From Myxococcota bacterium (lineage in GTDB: Bacteria > Myxococcota_A > UBA9160 > UBA6930): a stretch of 64,000 nt of DNA. The notes below the pieces were generated by a model. The model did not search any database. It was not told where the DNA came from and worked only from the letters and a program-made list of their open reading frames with translations. Every line of letters starts with the position of its first letter. The first letter of the stretch is position 1. A program made the position numbers and the translations under genes. Location of the stretch: NCBI GenBank assembly GCA_965223415.1, contig OZ245002.1, forward strand, positions 736,001-800,000, written 5' to 3'. Below are positions 9,044 to 18,220 of this stretch, piece by piece.

Positions 9044-11470
9044 CTAGTCAACCGGGCCGCGCCGCCAGGCGGCGCGGCCCTTCCGTGCCCCGAGCAAGAG
9101 CCCCAGCACGCCCACCAGCTCCGGGCCGAGGCCGCAACCCACCGGCGGCGGGCGGCTCCCGATCACGAGCGCGGCCACCTGCTCCGTCGTGTGGCTGCGC
9201 TCCGGATCGAAGTACCAGTCCTCCTCGATCGCCACGTGGAGCGCATCGTCCTGCACCGCGCCGGCCCCGTAGAGGATGGGCCAACCACCCTCGAGCCCGT
9301 CCATCGCTGCAGAGCCGAGGACGGCGACCTGCGCGAGGAGCGAGGGAGAGACCGGCACTACGTAGGGTGGCACGTCGTCCACGCCGCGTACGCTCTCGGT
9401 GCTCACACTCGCCCGGTAGGGCCGCCCTTCCATCAGGCCCGCGCCGGCCTCTACCACCACGTAGGCCAGGGTCTCCGGAACACGGCCGGTGGGATCCTCG
9501 CCGGTGTGTCGCCCGACGTGGAGATCGGCGGCGGAAGGCGGCTCCTGGGCGGTCGCTCCCCGGGCCCAGAAGGCGGACCACTCGCCGATCGCGCCGGGCA
9601 GCCCCCCGCCGCTTCCCGAGATCACCTGCCCGACGACGACGGGCTGGGTGTAGGCCTGAGCGTAGCTGCGAGCCTGACCGACCCAGGACGACGCGTCGTC
9701 CTTGCCGGTGAAGCCGTCCAGGCGCACGGCTTCGAGGCGGAAGCCCGGCTCGTCGTACACTCCCGCGCGCATCACCACGCACTGCACCTCCTCCGTGGTC
9801 TCCTCACCAGGGAAGGCGCCGAACCACGGACGGCCGAGGCCGACCTCGAAGCCCGTGCCGGAGGCATTGCGCACCCGCGGCACCAGCGGGCCCAGGCCCG
9901 CGACGTCGTAGAGCGGCGTGCACACGACGACCATGTCCGGGCCGTAGTCGACGCCGAGCGAGACCGGCGTCCACGAATCGGTATGGGCACTGCCCTGCCA
10001 GATGCGCAGCGAGAGCCCGGGCGGCTCCAGCAACACGGACACGCCACTCGCGGCCGCCTGGTCGTTGGCCGGATCATCGTCCGCGACCTGGAGGGTGGCG
10101 ACGAGATCGTGGGGCCCGGTCTGGGTCGGCGTCCAGGAGAAGTCGAGCTGCGCGCTGGCGCCCGGTGCGAGAGCCGGTGCCGTGAGGGTGGCGCTGGTGG
10201 TCTCGGTGACGTCGTCGAGCACGACGTCGATCGCCGGCAGCGGCTCGGTGCCGACGTTGCGCACGACGGCGCTCACGGTCGACGTCTGGTTCACGAGGGC
10301 CCAGGACGGAGGGCTCAAGCTCTGGAGCGCGGCGTCGGTCACGGGCCCGGTCGTCCCGCCGTCGTCGATCGTGACGCCGAAGCGATCCAGCACGAAGTCG
10401 ATCCGGCTGACGATGGTGTCGGTCGCGCTGCCGGCGAAGAGGAGGCCCACCGGACTCCGGACCGCGTCGTCGGTGACCACGAGGGAGCCCGAGTCGCCGC
10501 CCGCACTGAAGGCGCCCTGGATCCCGATCTGGTCGGTGAAACGAGCGACCTGCAGGCAGAACTCGTCGTAGCAGACGTCGGTCGTGAGCTGGATGGTGTC
10601 GATCGTGTCCTGGGTGAGGCCGGTCGTGCGGCCGTGCTTCTGGACCGGCAGGCCCTGGAGCAGGCCCAGGTCCTCGTCCCCGAAGACCGCCGGATCGCCG
10701 TAGGCCGCGTGCAGCAGCGGGCGCGGCGCTCCGTAGCCGGGCGCCGAGCCGAACTCGCCCAGGGGCGTGGCGAAGCCCAGCTCCCCCGGCGTGGACACCG
10801 CCAACGCCGCGTCGAAGAGGTTCGTCTGGGTGCAGACCGGGATGATGATGCCGGTGCAGAAGACGATCGGCTCGAAATCGTGAAGGGTTCCGATCGCGTC
10901 GCCGGCGGCCACCGAGCCGCCGTCGAAGGTGCCGGGCTGGATGGCCGCGTCACCGATCAGGCCCAGGTTGATGTTCGCGAGCACGTGGTTGTTGCTGAGC
11001 GCGAAGACCGAGGCGCCGTCGGTCACCCGGGCGCCGATGGTCCCGGCCGTGATCGCCGGGTGACCGATCGAGACGCCGATCGGCACGGGCAACGGCCAGC
11101 GTTCGAGGGTCTGGCAGATGCCGTCACCGCTGGACTCGCAGGTCGCGCCGCGCCGGGCGTGGATCCGCCCGGAGGTGCGCATGCGGAGGGGAACGCCTTC
11201 GAGGGCCGCCGGCAGGCCCGCGACGCCGGGGCGGGCGGTGAGCACGCGGATCACCGGCTCGCCATCGGCCCCGAGCGCCGTGCCGACGCCGACCACGTCC
11301 CGGTGCGCGAGCAGACCCGCCTCGTGACGGCGTTGCACCGCCGTCGCGGCCCGCACGCGAGCGGCGCGGGCGGCCCGTTCGAGCCCGCGCTCGGCGCCGG
11401 GAGGCGCGGCAGCCGCCGGCGGCGCCGCGACGAGGAGAGCGAGAACCAGGAGTCCGAAGCGAACGGTCAT
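9044..11470 (-). CDS. Secreted trypsin-like serine protease with CARDB-like and C-terminal beta domains and a Cys-containing sorting-like tail
   Basis: Signal peptide; triad motifs SNNHV, FDAAL, GDSGS; Ig/CARDB-like VRNVG...NDQA; tail CGLGPEL + hydrophobic helix + basic residues. Confidence 0.75.
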   Translation of the reverse strand: MTVRFGLLVLALLVAAPPAAAAPPGAERGLERAARAARVRAATAVQRRHEAGLLAHRDVVGVGTALGADGEPVIRVLTARPGVAGLPAALEGVPLRMRTSGRIHARRGATCESSGDGICQTLERWPLPVPIGVSIGHPAITAGTIGARVTDGASVFALSNNHVLANINLGLIGDAAIQPGTFDGGSVAAGDAIGTLHDFEPIVFCTGIIIPVCTQTNLFDAALAVSTPGELGFATPLGEFGSAPGYGAPRPLLHAAYGDPAVFGDEDLGLLQGLPVQKHGRTTGLTQDTIDTIQLTTDVCYDEFCLQVARFTDQIGIQGAFSAGGDSGSLVVTDDAVRSPVGLLFAGSATDTIVSRIDFVLDRFGVTIDDGGTTGPVTDAALQSLSPPSWALVNQTSTVSAVVRNVGTEPLPAIDVVLDDVTETTSATLTAPALAPGASAQLDFSWTPTQTGPHDLVATLQVADDDPANDQAAASGVSVLLEPPGLSLRIWQGSAHTDSWTPVSLGVDYGPDMVVVCTPLYDVAGLGPLVPRVRNASGTGFEVGLGRPWFGAFPGEETTEEVQCVVMRAGVYDEPGFRLEAVRLDGFTGKDDASSWVGQARSYAQAYTQPVVVGQVISGSGGGLPGAIGEWSAFWARGATAQEPPSAADLHVGRHTGEDPTGRVPETLAYVVVEAGAGLMEGRPYRASVSTESVRGVDDVPPYVVPVSPSLLAQVAVLGSAAMDGLEGGWPILYGAGAVQDDALHVAIEEDWYFDPERSHTTEQVAALVIGSRPPPVGCGLGPELVGVLGLLLGARKGRAAWRRGPVD

Positions 11471-11627
11471 CGAGCGCCTCCTCGCGTGTCACTCCGATCC
11501 TAGCTCGGCCCGCCTCCCCGTGTTGGGCTAGAGCCGGCCTCAGAAATGTGAAGCGCGTACCGGCCTTCCTCGGAAGAGACAGGCACGCTGGATATTTCTG
11601 AGACGGGTTTCTAGCCTGCGCCGACCG

Positions 11628-11885
11628 ATGTCCTTCGACGACGAGCAGCCGGTCGTCCCGGACGGCCTCCAGATCCGCGGGCTGCGCCGGGCGCGCGGCT
11701 GGAGCCGCCGGGCCCTGGTCGCCGCGATCTCCGACGCCAGCTTCCGCGAGAGCGGACGCCGGGAGACGATCGCCCCCAACCTGCTGGAGGGCATCGAGGA
11801 GATGAACGAGCCCGTCCCCTACTCGGTGCTCTGCCTGATCGCGACGGGCCTGGACCGCAACCCGGTCGAGCTCGTGCTCTCCTGA
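11628..11885 (+). CDS. Small XRE/Cro-like helix-turn-helix protein
   Basis: IRGLRRARGWSRRAL...LLEGIEE...IATGLD pattern; 85 aa. Confidence 0.65.
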   Translation: MSFDDEQPVVPDGLQIRGLRRARGWSRRALVAAISDASFRESGRRETIAPNLLEGIEEMNEPVPYSVLCLIATGLDRNPVELVLS

Positions 11886-11905
11886 GGAGCCCGACCCGCA
11901 GGGCT

Positions 11906-13354
11906 TCAGGCGTGGGCGGCCAGCTCGCCCGCCCGTAGCGCGTCGCCGATCGCGGCCTTCACGTTGCCGTGCAGGCCGAAGGAGAGATGGGCGCCCGGGT
12001 ACCACTCGATGCGCGGGCGGTCCCAGTGCTCCCAGAGGTCGCGCACCTGGTCGGCGGGCACCAGCTGGTCGCAGGTGGCGGCGAAGATCGTGCAGCGCTC
12101 CTTCGGCACCACGCGCTCGAGGGCAAGCGGCGCGGCGGGGGTCATGGCCTCCTGCAGCTCGGCCTGGGTCAGCCCTGCGGCTTCCACGGATCGAATCAGC
12201 AGCGGCGGACCGTGTCGCCAGACGAGCCGCGAGTAGTCGGCGGCGGGAATGCCGGGCAGGACGCAGGCCAGGTCGGGTTCGAGGCCCGCGAGCATCGCCG
12301 TGTGATAGCCGCCGAGGGAGAGGCCATACACACCGATGCGTTCTCCGCCCCGCTGGCGGATCCAGCCCAGCATTCGCCGGATGTCCCACGTGGCCTGGGA
12401 GACGGCGTGCACCGCGTCCATGGCATTGCCGGTGAAGAACCCGTCGCCGGAGATGCGCCCGATCTTGCGGGGCCCGTGGAGCGGCAGCACCGGCAGCAGC
12501 ACGTTCATGCCGAGCTGGTGGTGGAGCTCGGCGGCCCGGAAGGCTCCGAGATCGACCAGGGGAGCACCCATCTGGTAGCCGTGGATGCACACCAGCCACG
12601 GCCGGTTCGGCGTGTCGTGCTCGAGCAGCCAGGCGTGGGCGGTTCGGTTCGGCGCGTAGGAGAGCCAGCGGTCGCGGCCGGGCTCGTCCGGGGGCTCGTA
12701 GCCGCTCTCGAAGCGCAGGTGACGGAAGTCGACGCCGCCCGCTCGTCCCGCCGTGAGCGTGGGATCCTCGAGAGGCGGGGGCGCCACGTGGTAGGACGCG
12801 GGCTTCTCCAGCACCCCCCGCTCGGCGAAGAGCGCGCGAGCCTCGGTCACCTCCCGGGCGATCTCCGCCATCTCGCTGCGATCCGGGATCTGCAGGGTCG
12901 ACGCCATGAAGCTCAGGATCGCGTCGTCCCCGGCCACCTCGGCGGCCTTGCGCCAGGTGAGCGGGGAGTCGGGCACGTCGACGACGCCCGGGGTCATCGC
13001 GGCGGTGAGGTGGCCGGCCGCCACCACGGAGAAGGCGGAGAGCCCGGTCAGCACGAGGCCCGCCCACGGGCCCAGGGCGAAGAGCGCGCCGACGCCGAGG
13101 AGCGTTCCGATCAGGCCGCCCAGCGCCATGAAGTGGTGGAGCCGCAGGTCGCCGGGGATGAGCAGCGCGGGCACCCCCGTTCCGAGCAGGAGCAGGCCGG
13201 GGACGAGGCAGACCGCGAAGCCCAGCCAGCCGGCGTCGAAGCCGTAGGACAGCCACAGGAGGCCGGCCAGGATGGCGGGCCAGGTCTCCTTGGGGCCGCG
13301 GAGCGAGGCGCGGGCGTCGTCCTCCGGGTGGATCGTGCTCGGCGAGTGGGTCAT
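11906..13354 (-). CDS. Alpha/beta hydrolase with N-terminal multi-pass membrane domain
   Basis: About 4 hydrophobic helices, then IHGY, GLSLGG nucleophile elbow, DQLV and GAH; GAGG RBS. Confidence 0.82.
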   Translation of the reverse strand: MTHSPSTIHPEDDARASLRGPKETWPAILAGLLWLSYGFDAGWLGFAVCLVPGLLLLGTGVPALLIPGDLRLHHFMALGGLIGTLLGVGALFALGPWAGLVLTGLSAFSVVAAGHLTAAMTPGVVDVPDSPLTWRKAAEVAGDDAILSFMASTLQIPDRSEMAEIAREVTEARALFAERGVLEKPASYHVAPPPLEDPTLTAGRAGGVDFRHLRFESGYEPPDEPGRDRWLSYAPNRTAHAWLLEHDTPNRPWLVCIHGYQMGAPLVDLGAFRAAELHHQLGMNVLLPVLPLHGPRKIGRISGDGFFTGNAMDAVHAVSQATWDIRRMLGWIRQRGGERIGVYGLSLGGYHTAMLAGLEPDLACVLPGIPAADYSRLVWRHGPPLLIRSVEAAGLTQAELQEAMTPAAPLALERVVPKERCTIFAATCDQLVPADQVRDLWEHWDRPRIEWYPGAHLSFGLHGNVKAAIGDALRAGELAAHA

Positions 13355-13462
13355 GGTCCCTCCTCGGATCGCGGCCTTCCGCCGGGGCGGCGGGCCGGAA
13401 GTCGGGCGGCCGGAAGTTACCGACCGCTCCGACCGCGCGCCGCGCCGATGAGAGGAGAACCC

Positions 13463-14788
13463 GTGAGAAGGCTCGACATCCTGGCCGTGCTCCTGCTGGG
13501 CTCGATGGCGGGGCCGGCTCCGGCGGAGGAGACCCGTCTCGAGACCGCCCTGGAGCGAGACGTCACCTCGGTCACCGAGCAGGTGGTGGCCTGGCGGCGC
13601 GACTTCCACGCTCATCCGGAGCTCTCGAACCGCGAGACGCGCACGGCGGGCGTGGTCGCGTCGGTGCTCGAGGAGCTGGGCCTCGAGGTGCGCCGGGACG
13701 TCGCCCACACGGGTGTGATCGGCGTGCTCCGCGGGGGCGGCGGCCCGGGCCCGACCATCGCCCTGCGCGCCGACATGGACGCCCTGCCGGTGACCGAGGC
13801 CACCGGCCTGCCCTTCGCCTCGACGGTGCGCACGACCTACCTGGGACGCGACGTGGGCGTGATGCACGCCTGCGGCCACGACGCCCACACCGCCATCCTA
13901 CTCGGCGCCGCCCGGGTGCTGGCCGGCCGCCGCGCCGAGCTGCCGGGCACCGTGCTCTTCCTGTTCCAACCGGCGGAGGAAGGCGCCCCGCCCGGCGAGC
14001 AGGGCGGCGCCCGTCTCATGCTCGAGGAAGGCGCCTTCGCCGACCCGAAGCCCGACGCGGTGCTGGGGCTCCACGTGGTGCCCCAGTACGAGGCCGGCCA
14101 GATCGCGCTGGTGTCCGGCGGCGCCATGGCGGGCTCGGACCGCCTCCGCATCGTCGTGAAGGGCCGCCAGACCCACGCCGCCTACCCGTGGCTGGGCGTC
14201 GACCCCATCGCCGCGGCCTCGCGCATCGTGCTGGCACTCCAGGCGATTCCCGGCCGGCGCGTCGACGCCCGCCTTCCCTCGATCGTCTCGATCGGAGCGG
14301 TCCACGGCGGCGTCCGCGGCAACATCATTCCAGACGAAGTCGAGCTGCTCGGGACGATCCGTCACACGGATCCGCCCATGCAGGAGCGGCTCCATGCCCT
14401 GGTCCGGGAGACCGCCGTGAGTGCCGCGGAGAGCGCCGGCGCCGAGGCCGTGGTGGAGATCGGCGTCGGCTATCCGGTCACCTTCAACGACCCGGCCCTC
14501 AGCGATCGGGTGCGACCCGCCCTCCTGCGCGCGGCGGGACCGGGCGGCCTGGTGCGCGGCCTGCTGCGCACCGGAGCCGAGGACTTCTCGTTCTTCGCCC
14601 GGGAGGTGCCCGGCGTCTACTACTGGCTCGGCATCCGAGAGCCCGGGGTCGCGGAGCGGGACGCGGCGCCGAACCACTCGCCCCACTTCGTGGTCGACGA
14701 GAGCGCCCTTCCCCTCGGCGTGAAGGCGATGGTGGCGACGACCGCCGATCTGCTGCTCCACGGAACCGGCGCCTCGGCTTCGCGGTAA
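13463..14788 (+). CDS. M20 family amidohydrolase, probably exported
   Basis: HPELSNRE, RADMDALP, HACGHD, QPAEE, EDFS, NHSP; signal peptide; GTG start after AGGAG. Confidence 0.92.
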   Translation: MRRLDILAVLLLGSMAGPAPAEETRLETALERDVTSVTEQVVAWRRDFHAHPELSNRETRTAGVVASVLEELGLEVRRDVAHTGVIGVLRGGGGPGPTIALRADMDALPVTEATGLPFASTVRTTYLGRDVGVMHACGHDAHTAILLGAARVLAGRRAELPGTVLFLFQPAEEGAPPGEQGGARLMLEEGAFADPKPDAVLGLHVVPQYEAGQIALVSGGAMAGSDRLRIVVKGRQTHAAYPWLGVDPIAAASRIVLALQAIPGRRVDARLPSIVSIGAVHGGVRGNIIPDEVELLGTIRHTDPPMQERLHALVRETAVSAAESAGAEAVVEIGVGYPVTFNDPALSDRVRPALLRAAGPGGLVRGLLRTGAEDFSFFAREVPGVYYWLGIREPGVAERDAAPNHSPHFVVDESALPLGVKAMVATTADLLLHGTGASASR

Positions 14789-14797
14789 GCTGGCCGC

Positions 14798-17179
14798 ATG
14801 GTCGAGCTGCCCGTCCCTCCGGAGCCGCGATGGCCGGCGGGTTCGGGACCGCACGACGGCCGGGTGACCTTCCTGATCGAGCCGGCCGGCCGTCTCGAGG
14901 AGCGCCTGCTCCGCGAGTGGATCGAGGAATCGCGGCCCGACGAGGTGGCGCCCAGCCAGGTGGAGGTCTTGCGCATCCCTTCGCCGCGCCGCGCCCTCGG
15001 CCGGGTGGACCCGGGCCTCGAGCCCAGCCTGGCGGCCGGCGACGACCCCCTGATGGCTCCGTTGCGGGTCGCCTGGTTTCCGGAGACCCGGGACGGGCGG
15101 CGCAGCGCGCGCCTCTCCGACCTGCTCAAGCTGGGCGATCCCCGGGACCCCAACTTCCTGCGCGCGCGATGGGTCCGGCGCAGGGCACCGGAACGCTGCC
15201 GGATCATCGCCGGCCAGCCGGCCCGTGCCTCGGAGCTTCGGGAGCGCTGGCGACGCGCGGCGGGTACCGACACCGGCGCGACGGTCGGGCTCGCCGATTT
15301 CGTGGCCCGCCAGGCCGCCCTTGCCCTCGAGCGGGCCGAGCGCGGCGCCCGCGGCGCCCGCTACAAGGTCCCGCGCTTCGTGCGCGACGAGCTGCTCGCG
15401 CGCCCGGCCTTCCGAGGCGAGCTCGCGCGGCTGGCCCGGGACCTGGGCGAGAGCGAGGCCCGGGTCGGCAAGCGCGCCGCCCGCTACTTGAAGGAGATCG
15501 CGGCGAGCCACAGCCCCTTCGTGATCGACCTGGTGGTGCAGCTCTGGGTCTTCATGTACTCGCGGGGCTACGACAGCGAGCTGCACCACGTTCCGGCCGA
15601 GCTCGAGGAGCTTCGAGAGCGCCTGCAGCAGCACCCCGTGGTCTTCCTCCCGACCCACAAGTCCAACCTGGACCACGGCGCACTCCAGGTGCTGCTCCAC
15701 GAGAGCGGGCTGCCGCCGAACCACACGGCCGGCGGCATCAACATGAACTTCTTCCCGCTGGGCCCACTCGTGCGGCGTGCGGGGATCTTCTTCATCCGCC
15801 GCAGCTTCAAGGACAACCCGGTCTACAAGGTCGTGCTGCGCCACTACGTCGACTACCTGGTCGAGAAGCGCTTCTCCCTCGAGTGGTACATCGAGGGCGG
15901 GCGCTCCCGCTCGGGGAAGCTGCTGCCGCCGCGCTTCGGCCTGCTGGCCTACGTCGTGGACGCCTACCGGCGCGGCTGCAGCGACGACGTTCACCTGGTG
16001 CCGGTCTCCATCACCTACGACCAGATCTCCGACGTAGGCGACTACGCGAAGGAGGCCCGGGGCGGCGCCAAGGAGCGCGAGAGCTTTCTCTGGTTCCTCC
16101 GGATCCTGCGCCGCATGCCGCGGCGCCTGGGCAAGATCGCGATCCGCTTCGGCGAGCCGGTCTCCCTGGCCGCCACCCTGGGCCCGCCGGACCCGGAGGC
16201 GGAGCCGGACCCGGACGAGGAGAACCTGCAGCTCCAGAAGCTCGCCTTCGAGGTGTGCGTCCGGATCAACCGCGCCACGCCGATCACGCCCATCTCGCTC
16301 GTGTGTCTCGCCATGCTCGGCCGCGGCGATCGCGCGCTCTCCGCGGAGGAGATGGTCGCCGCCCTGGCCAACCTGGTCGGCTACGTCGAGCGCCGCGGCC
16401 TCGAGACGACGGAGCGCCTCGACCTCGGGAGCGAGAAGGGCGTCGCCGCCACCCTCGAGGAGCTCACCGCCGCCGGCCTCCTCGAGCGCTACGACGCTGG
16501 GCCGGAAGCGGTCTACCGCATCCGCGAGAACCAGCACCTCTCCGCCGCCTACTATCGCAACTCCGTCATTCACTACTTCGTGAACGGCGCAATCGGCGAG
16601 CTGGCACTCCTCCGGGCCGCCGAAGCCGAGGACGGCGACCCCGCCCGGGCCTTCTGGGACGAGGCCATGGAGCTTCGCGACCTGCTCAAGTTCGAGTTCT
16701 TCTTCGCGGAGAAGGAGGTCTTCCGAAAGGAGCTGCGGGAGGAGCTGGCGCTCCACGATCCGGAGTGGGAGGACGCCCTGGGCGACGGGCCCGAAGCGAT
16801 CGGTGAGCTGATCCAGGGGATCCGGCCGTTCAGCGCCCACCGCGTCCTGCGCCCCTTCCTGGAGGCCTACCGGGTGGTGGCCGACGTGCTCGGCCGCAGC
16901 GACGCCGACGTGCCCCTGGACGAGCCCGCCTTCCTCGACGCCTGCCTCGCCCTGGGCGGCCAGTACGCCCTGCAGCGCCACGTGAAGAGCCAGGAGTCGA
17001 ACTCCAAGGTGCTCTTCGCCACGGCGCTCAAGCTGGCGCGGAACCGGGGGCTGCTCGACCCCTCACCGGACCTGCTCGAGCGCCGCCGGGCCTTCGCGGA
17101 CGAGATCCAGGCGGCGATCCGTCGGGTGGACGGGGTGGAGGCGTTGGTGCGGGCGCGCCGCGCCGGGCTGTTCGACTAG
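14798..17179 (+). CDS. plsB: Glycerol-3-phosphate 1-O-acyltransferase
   Basis: HKSNLD (HxxxxD), FFIRR, IEGGRSRSGK and VPVSITY blocks. Confidence 0.9.
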   Translation: MVELPVPPEPRWPAGSGPHDGRVTFLIEPAGRLEERLLREWIEESRPDEVAPSQVEVLRIPSPRRALGRVDPGLEPSLAAGDDPLMAPLRVAWFPETRDGRRSARLSDLLKLGDPRDPNFLRARWVRRRAPERCRIIAGQPARASELRERWRRAAGTDTGATVGLADFVARQAALALERAERGARGARYKVPRFVRDELLARPAFRGELARLARDLGESEARVGKRAARYLKEIAASHSPFVIDLVVQLWVFMYSRGYDSELHHVPAELEELRERLQQHPVVFLPTHKSNLDHGALQVLLHESGLPPNHTAGGINMNFFPLGPLVRRAGIFFIRRSFKDNPVYKVVLRHYVDYLVEKRFSLEWYIEGGRSRSGKLLPPRFGLLAYVVDAYRRGCSDDVHLVPVSITYDQISDVGDYAKEARGGAKERESFLWFLRILRRMPRRLGKIAIRFGEPVSLAATLGPPDPEAEPDPDEENLQLQKLAFEVCVRINRATPITPISLVCLAMLGRGDRALSAEEMVAALANLVGYVERRGLETTERLDLGSEKGVAATLEELTAAGLLERYDAGPEAVYRIRENQHLSAAYYRNSVIHYFVNGAIGELALLRAAEAEDGDPARAFWDEAMELRDLLKFEFFFAEKEVFRKELREELALHDPEWEDALGDGPEAIGELIQGIRPFSAHRVLRPFLEAYRVVADVLGRSDADVPLDEPAFLDACLALGGQYALQRHVKSQESNSKVLFATALKLARNRGLLDPSPDLLERRRAFADEIQAAIRRVDGVEALVRARRAGLFD

Positions 17180-18162
17180 CCACCGAAGGAGGCCGCCCAC
17201 TCGGAGCGGCTGCACACGCGCGGGGCCTCGGGGGGCGCCACCGCGGGGGTACGCCGGGAGGCGTGCCAAGCGCGGAGCCCTTTCCACCACGGTGCCATCG
17301 GGACGACGTGGAAGCCGCGCCGCATCCAGCGAAGCCCGTGGCGAGCGGCCGCTTCGGGCGGGACGCCTGGCACCGCCATGAGGATCCGGAGCTGGACGCG
17401 CGGATCGCGCAGGTAGTGGCGAAGCGCCGCGTCCGGGCGCGTGCGCAGGCACCAGACCTCCGGCGGCAGGAGCCTCTCCCGGGTCGCGCGGGCCAGCGCC
17501 TCGATCTCCGGAGACGGATCCGCGTCCGGATCGAGCAGCAGGAGGACCTCGGCGTCGGCAGGCTCCCCGCCCTGCGCGACGCCCTGCCCCCGGAGCCCGG
17601 CGAGCAGTGCCCGTGCGAGCTCTCCGCCCTCTCCCCGAGTGACCAGCCGGCGCCCCGCCGGCGGAATGCCGCCCCCCACGAGCCAGTCGACGAGCTTCGT
17701 GTAGCTGCTGTAGTGGGCGTCGGGGTGGACGTGGTGCAGGGCGTGGTAGGGCGGCAGGGGCTGGAGACCCGGCGGGTGGGCGTCGAGCAGCGCGATCGGA
17801 CGGTGGTTCGGATCGAGGCCCCGACACGAGAGGATGTAGAGGAAGATCGCCGCCTGAAGCACCAGAAGCACCGTCACCCACGGCCCGGGCAGCAGCAGCG
17901 CGACGACGCCGGTGAAGGCGAGCTGGGTCAGGAACTCGGGCACGATGTGGCAGAAGACGTTCGCGAGCTGCCACTCCATGCGCGGCTGGAGGTCCGCGCC
18001 GATCCACTCGTGATGCACAGCATGGGGCCACGCGAGCGCCCGCAACCATCGGGACCGCGAGCGCAGCATCACGTGCAGGAGCCAGTGCACCCCGTCGAAG
18101 ACCCACGCACCGACCAGCCACAGCAGGGGCCCGAGGAGCAGCGCCCCGACCCAGACGTCCAT
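17176..18162 (-). CDS. Fatty-acid hydroxylase/sterol desaturase-like membrane protein with a degenerate Rossmann-like C-terminus
   Basis: His boxes HWLLH, HAVHH, HALHH; C-terminal LVTRGEGGELARAL resembles a decayed SDR dinucleotide motif. Confidence 0.65.
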   Translation of the reverse strand: MDVWVGALLLGPLLWLVGAWVFDGVHWLLHVMLRSRSRWLRALAWPHAVHHEWIGADLQPRMEWQLANVFCHIVPEFLTQLAFTGVVALLLPGPWVTVLLVLQAAIFLYILSCRGLDPNHRPIALLDAHPPGLQPLPPYHALHHVHPDAHYSSYTKLVDWLVGGGIPPAGRRLVTRGEGGELARALLAGLRGQGVAQGGEPADAEVLLLLDPDADPSPEIEALARATRERLLPPEVWCLRTRPDAALRHYLRDPRVQLRILMAVPGVPPEAAARHGLRWMRRGFHVVPMAPWWKGLRAWHASRRTPAVAPPEAPRVCSRSEWAASFGG

Positions 18163-18220
18163 GGATGGAGGATAGGCCGCCTAGCCTCGATCCGGCATGG
18201 AGAGGAATGCCCGGGCCAGC

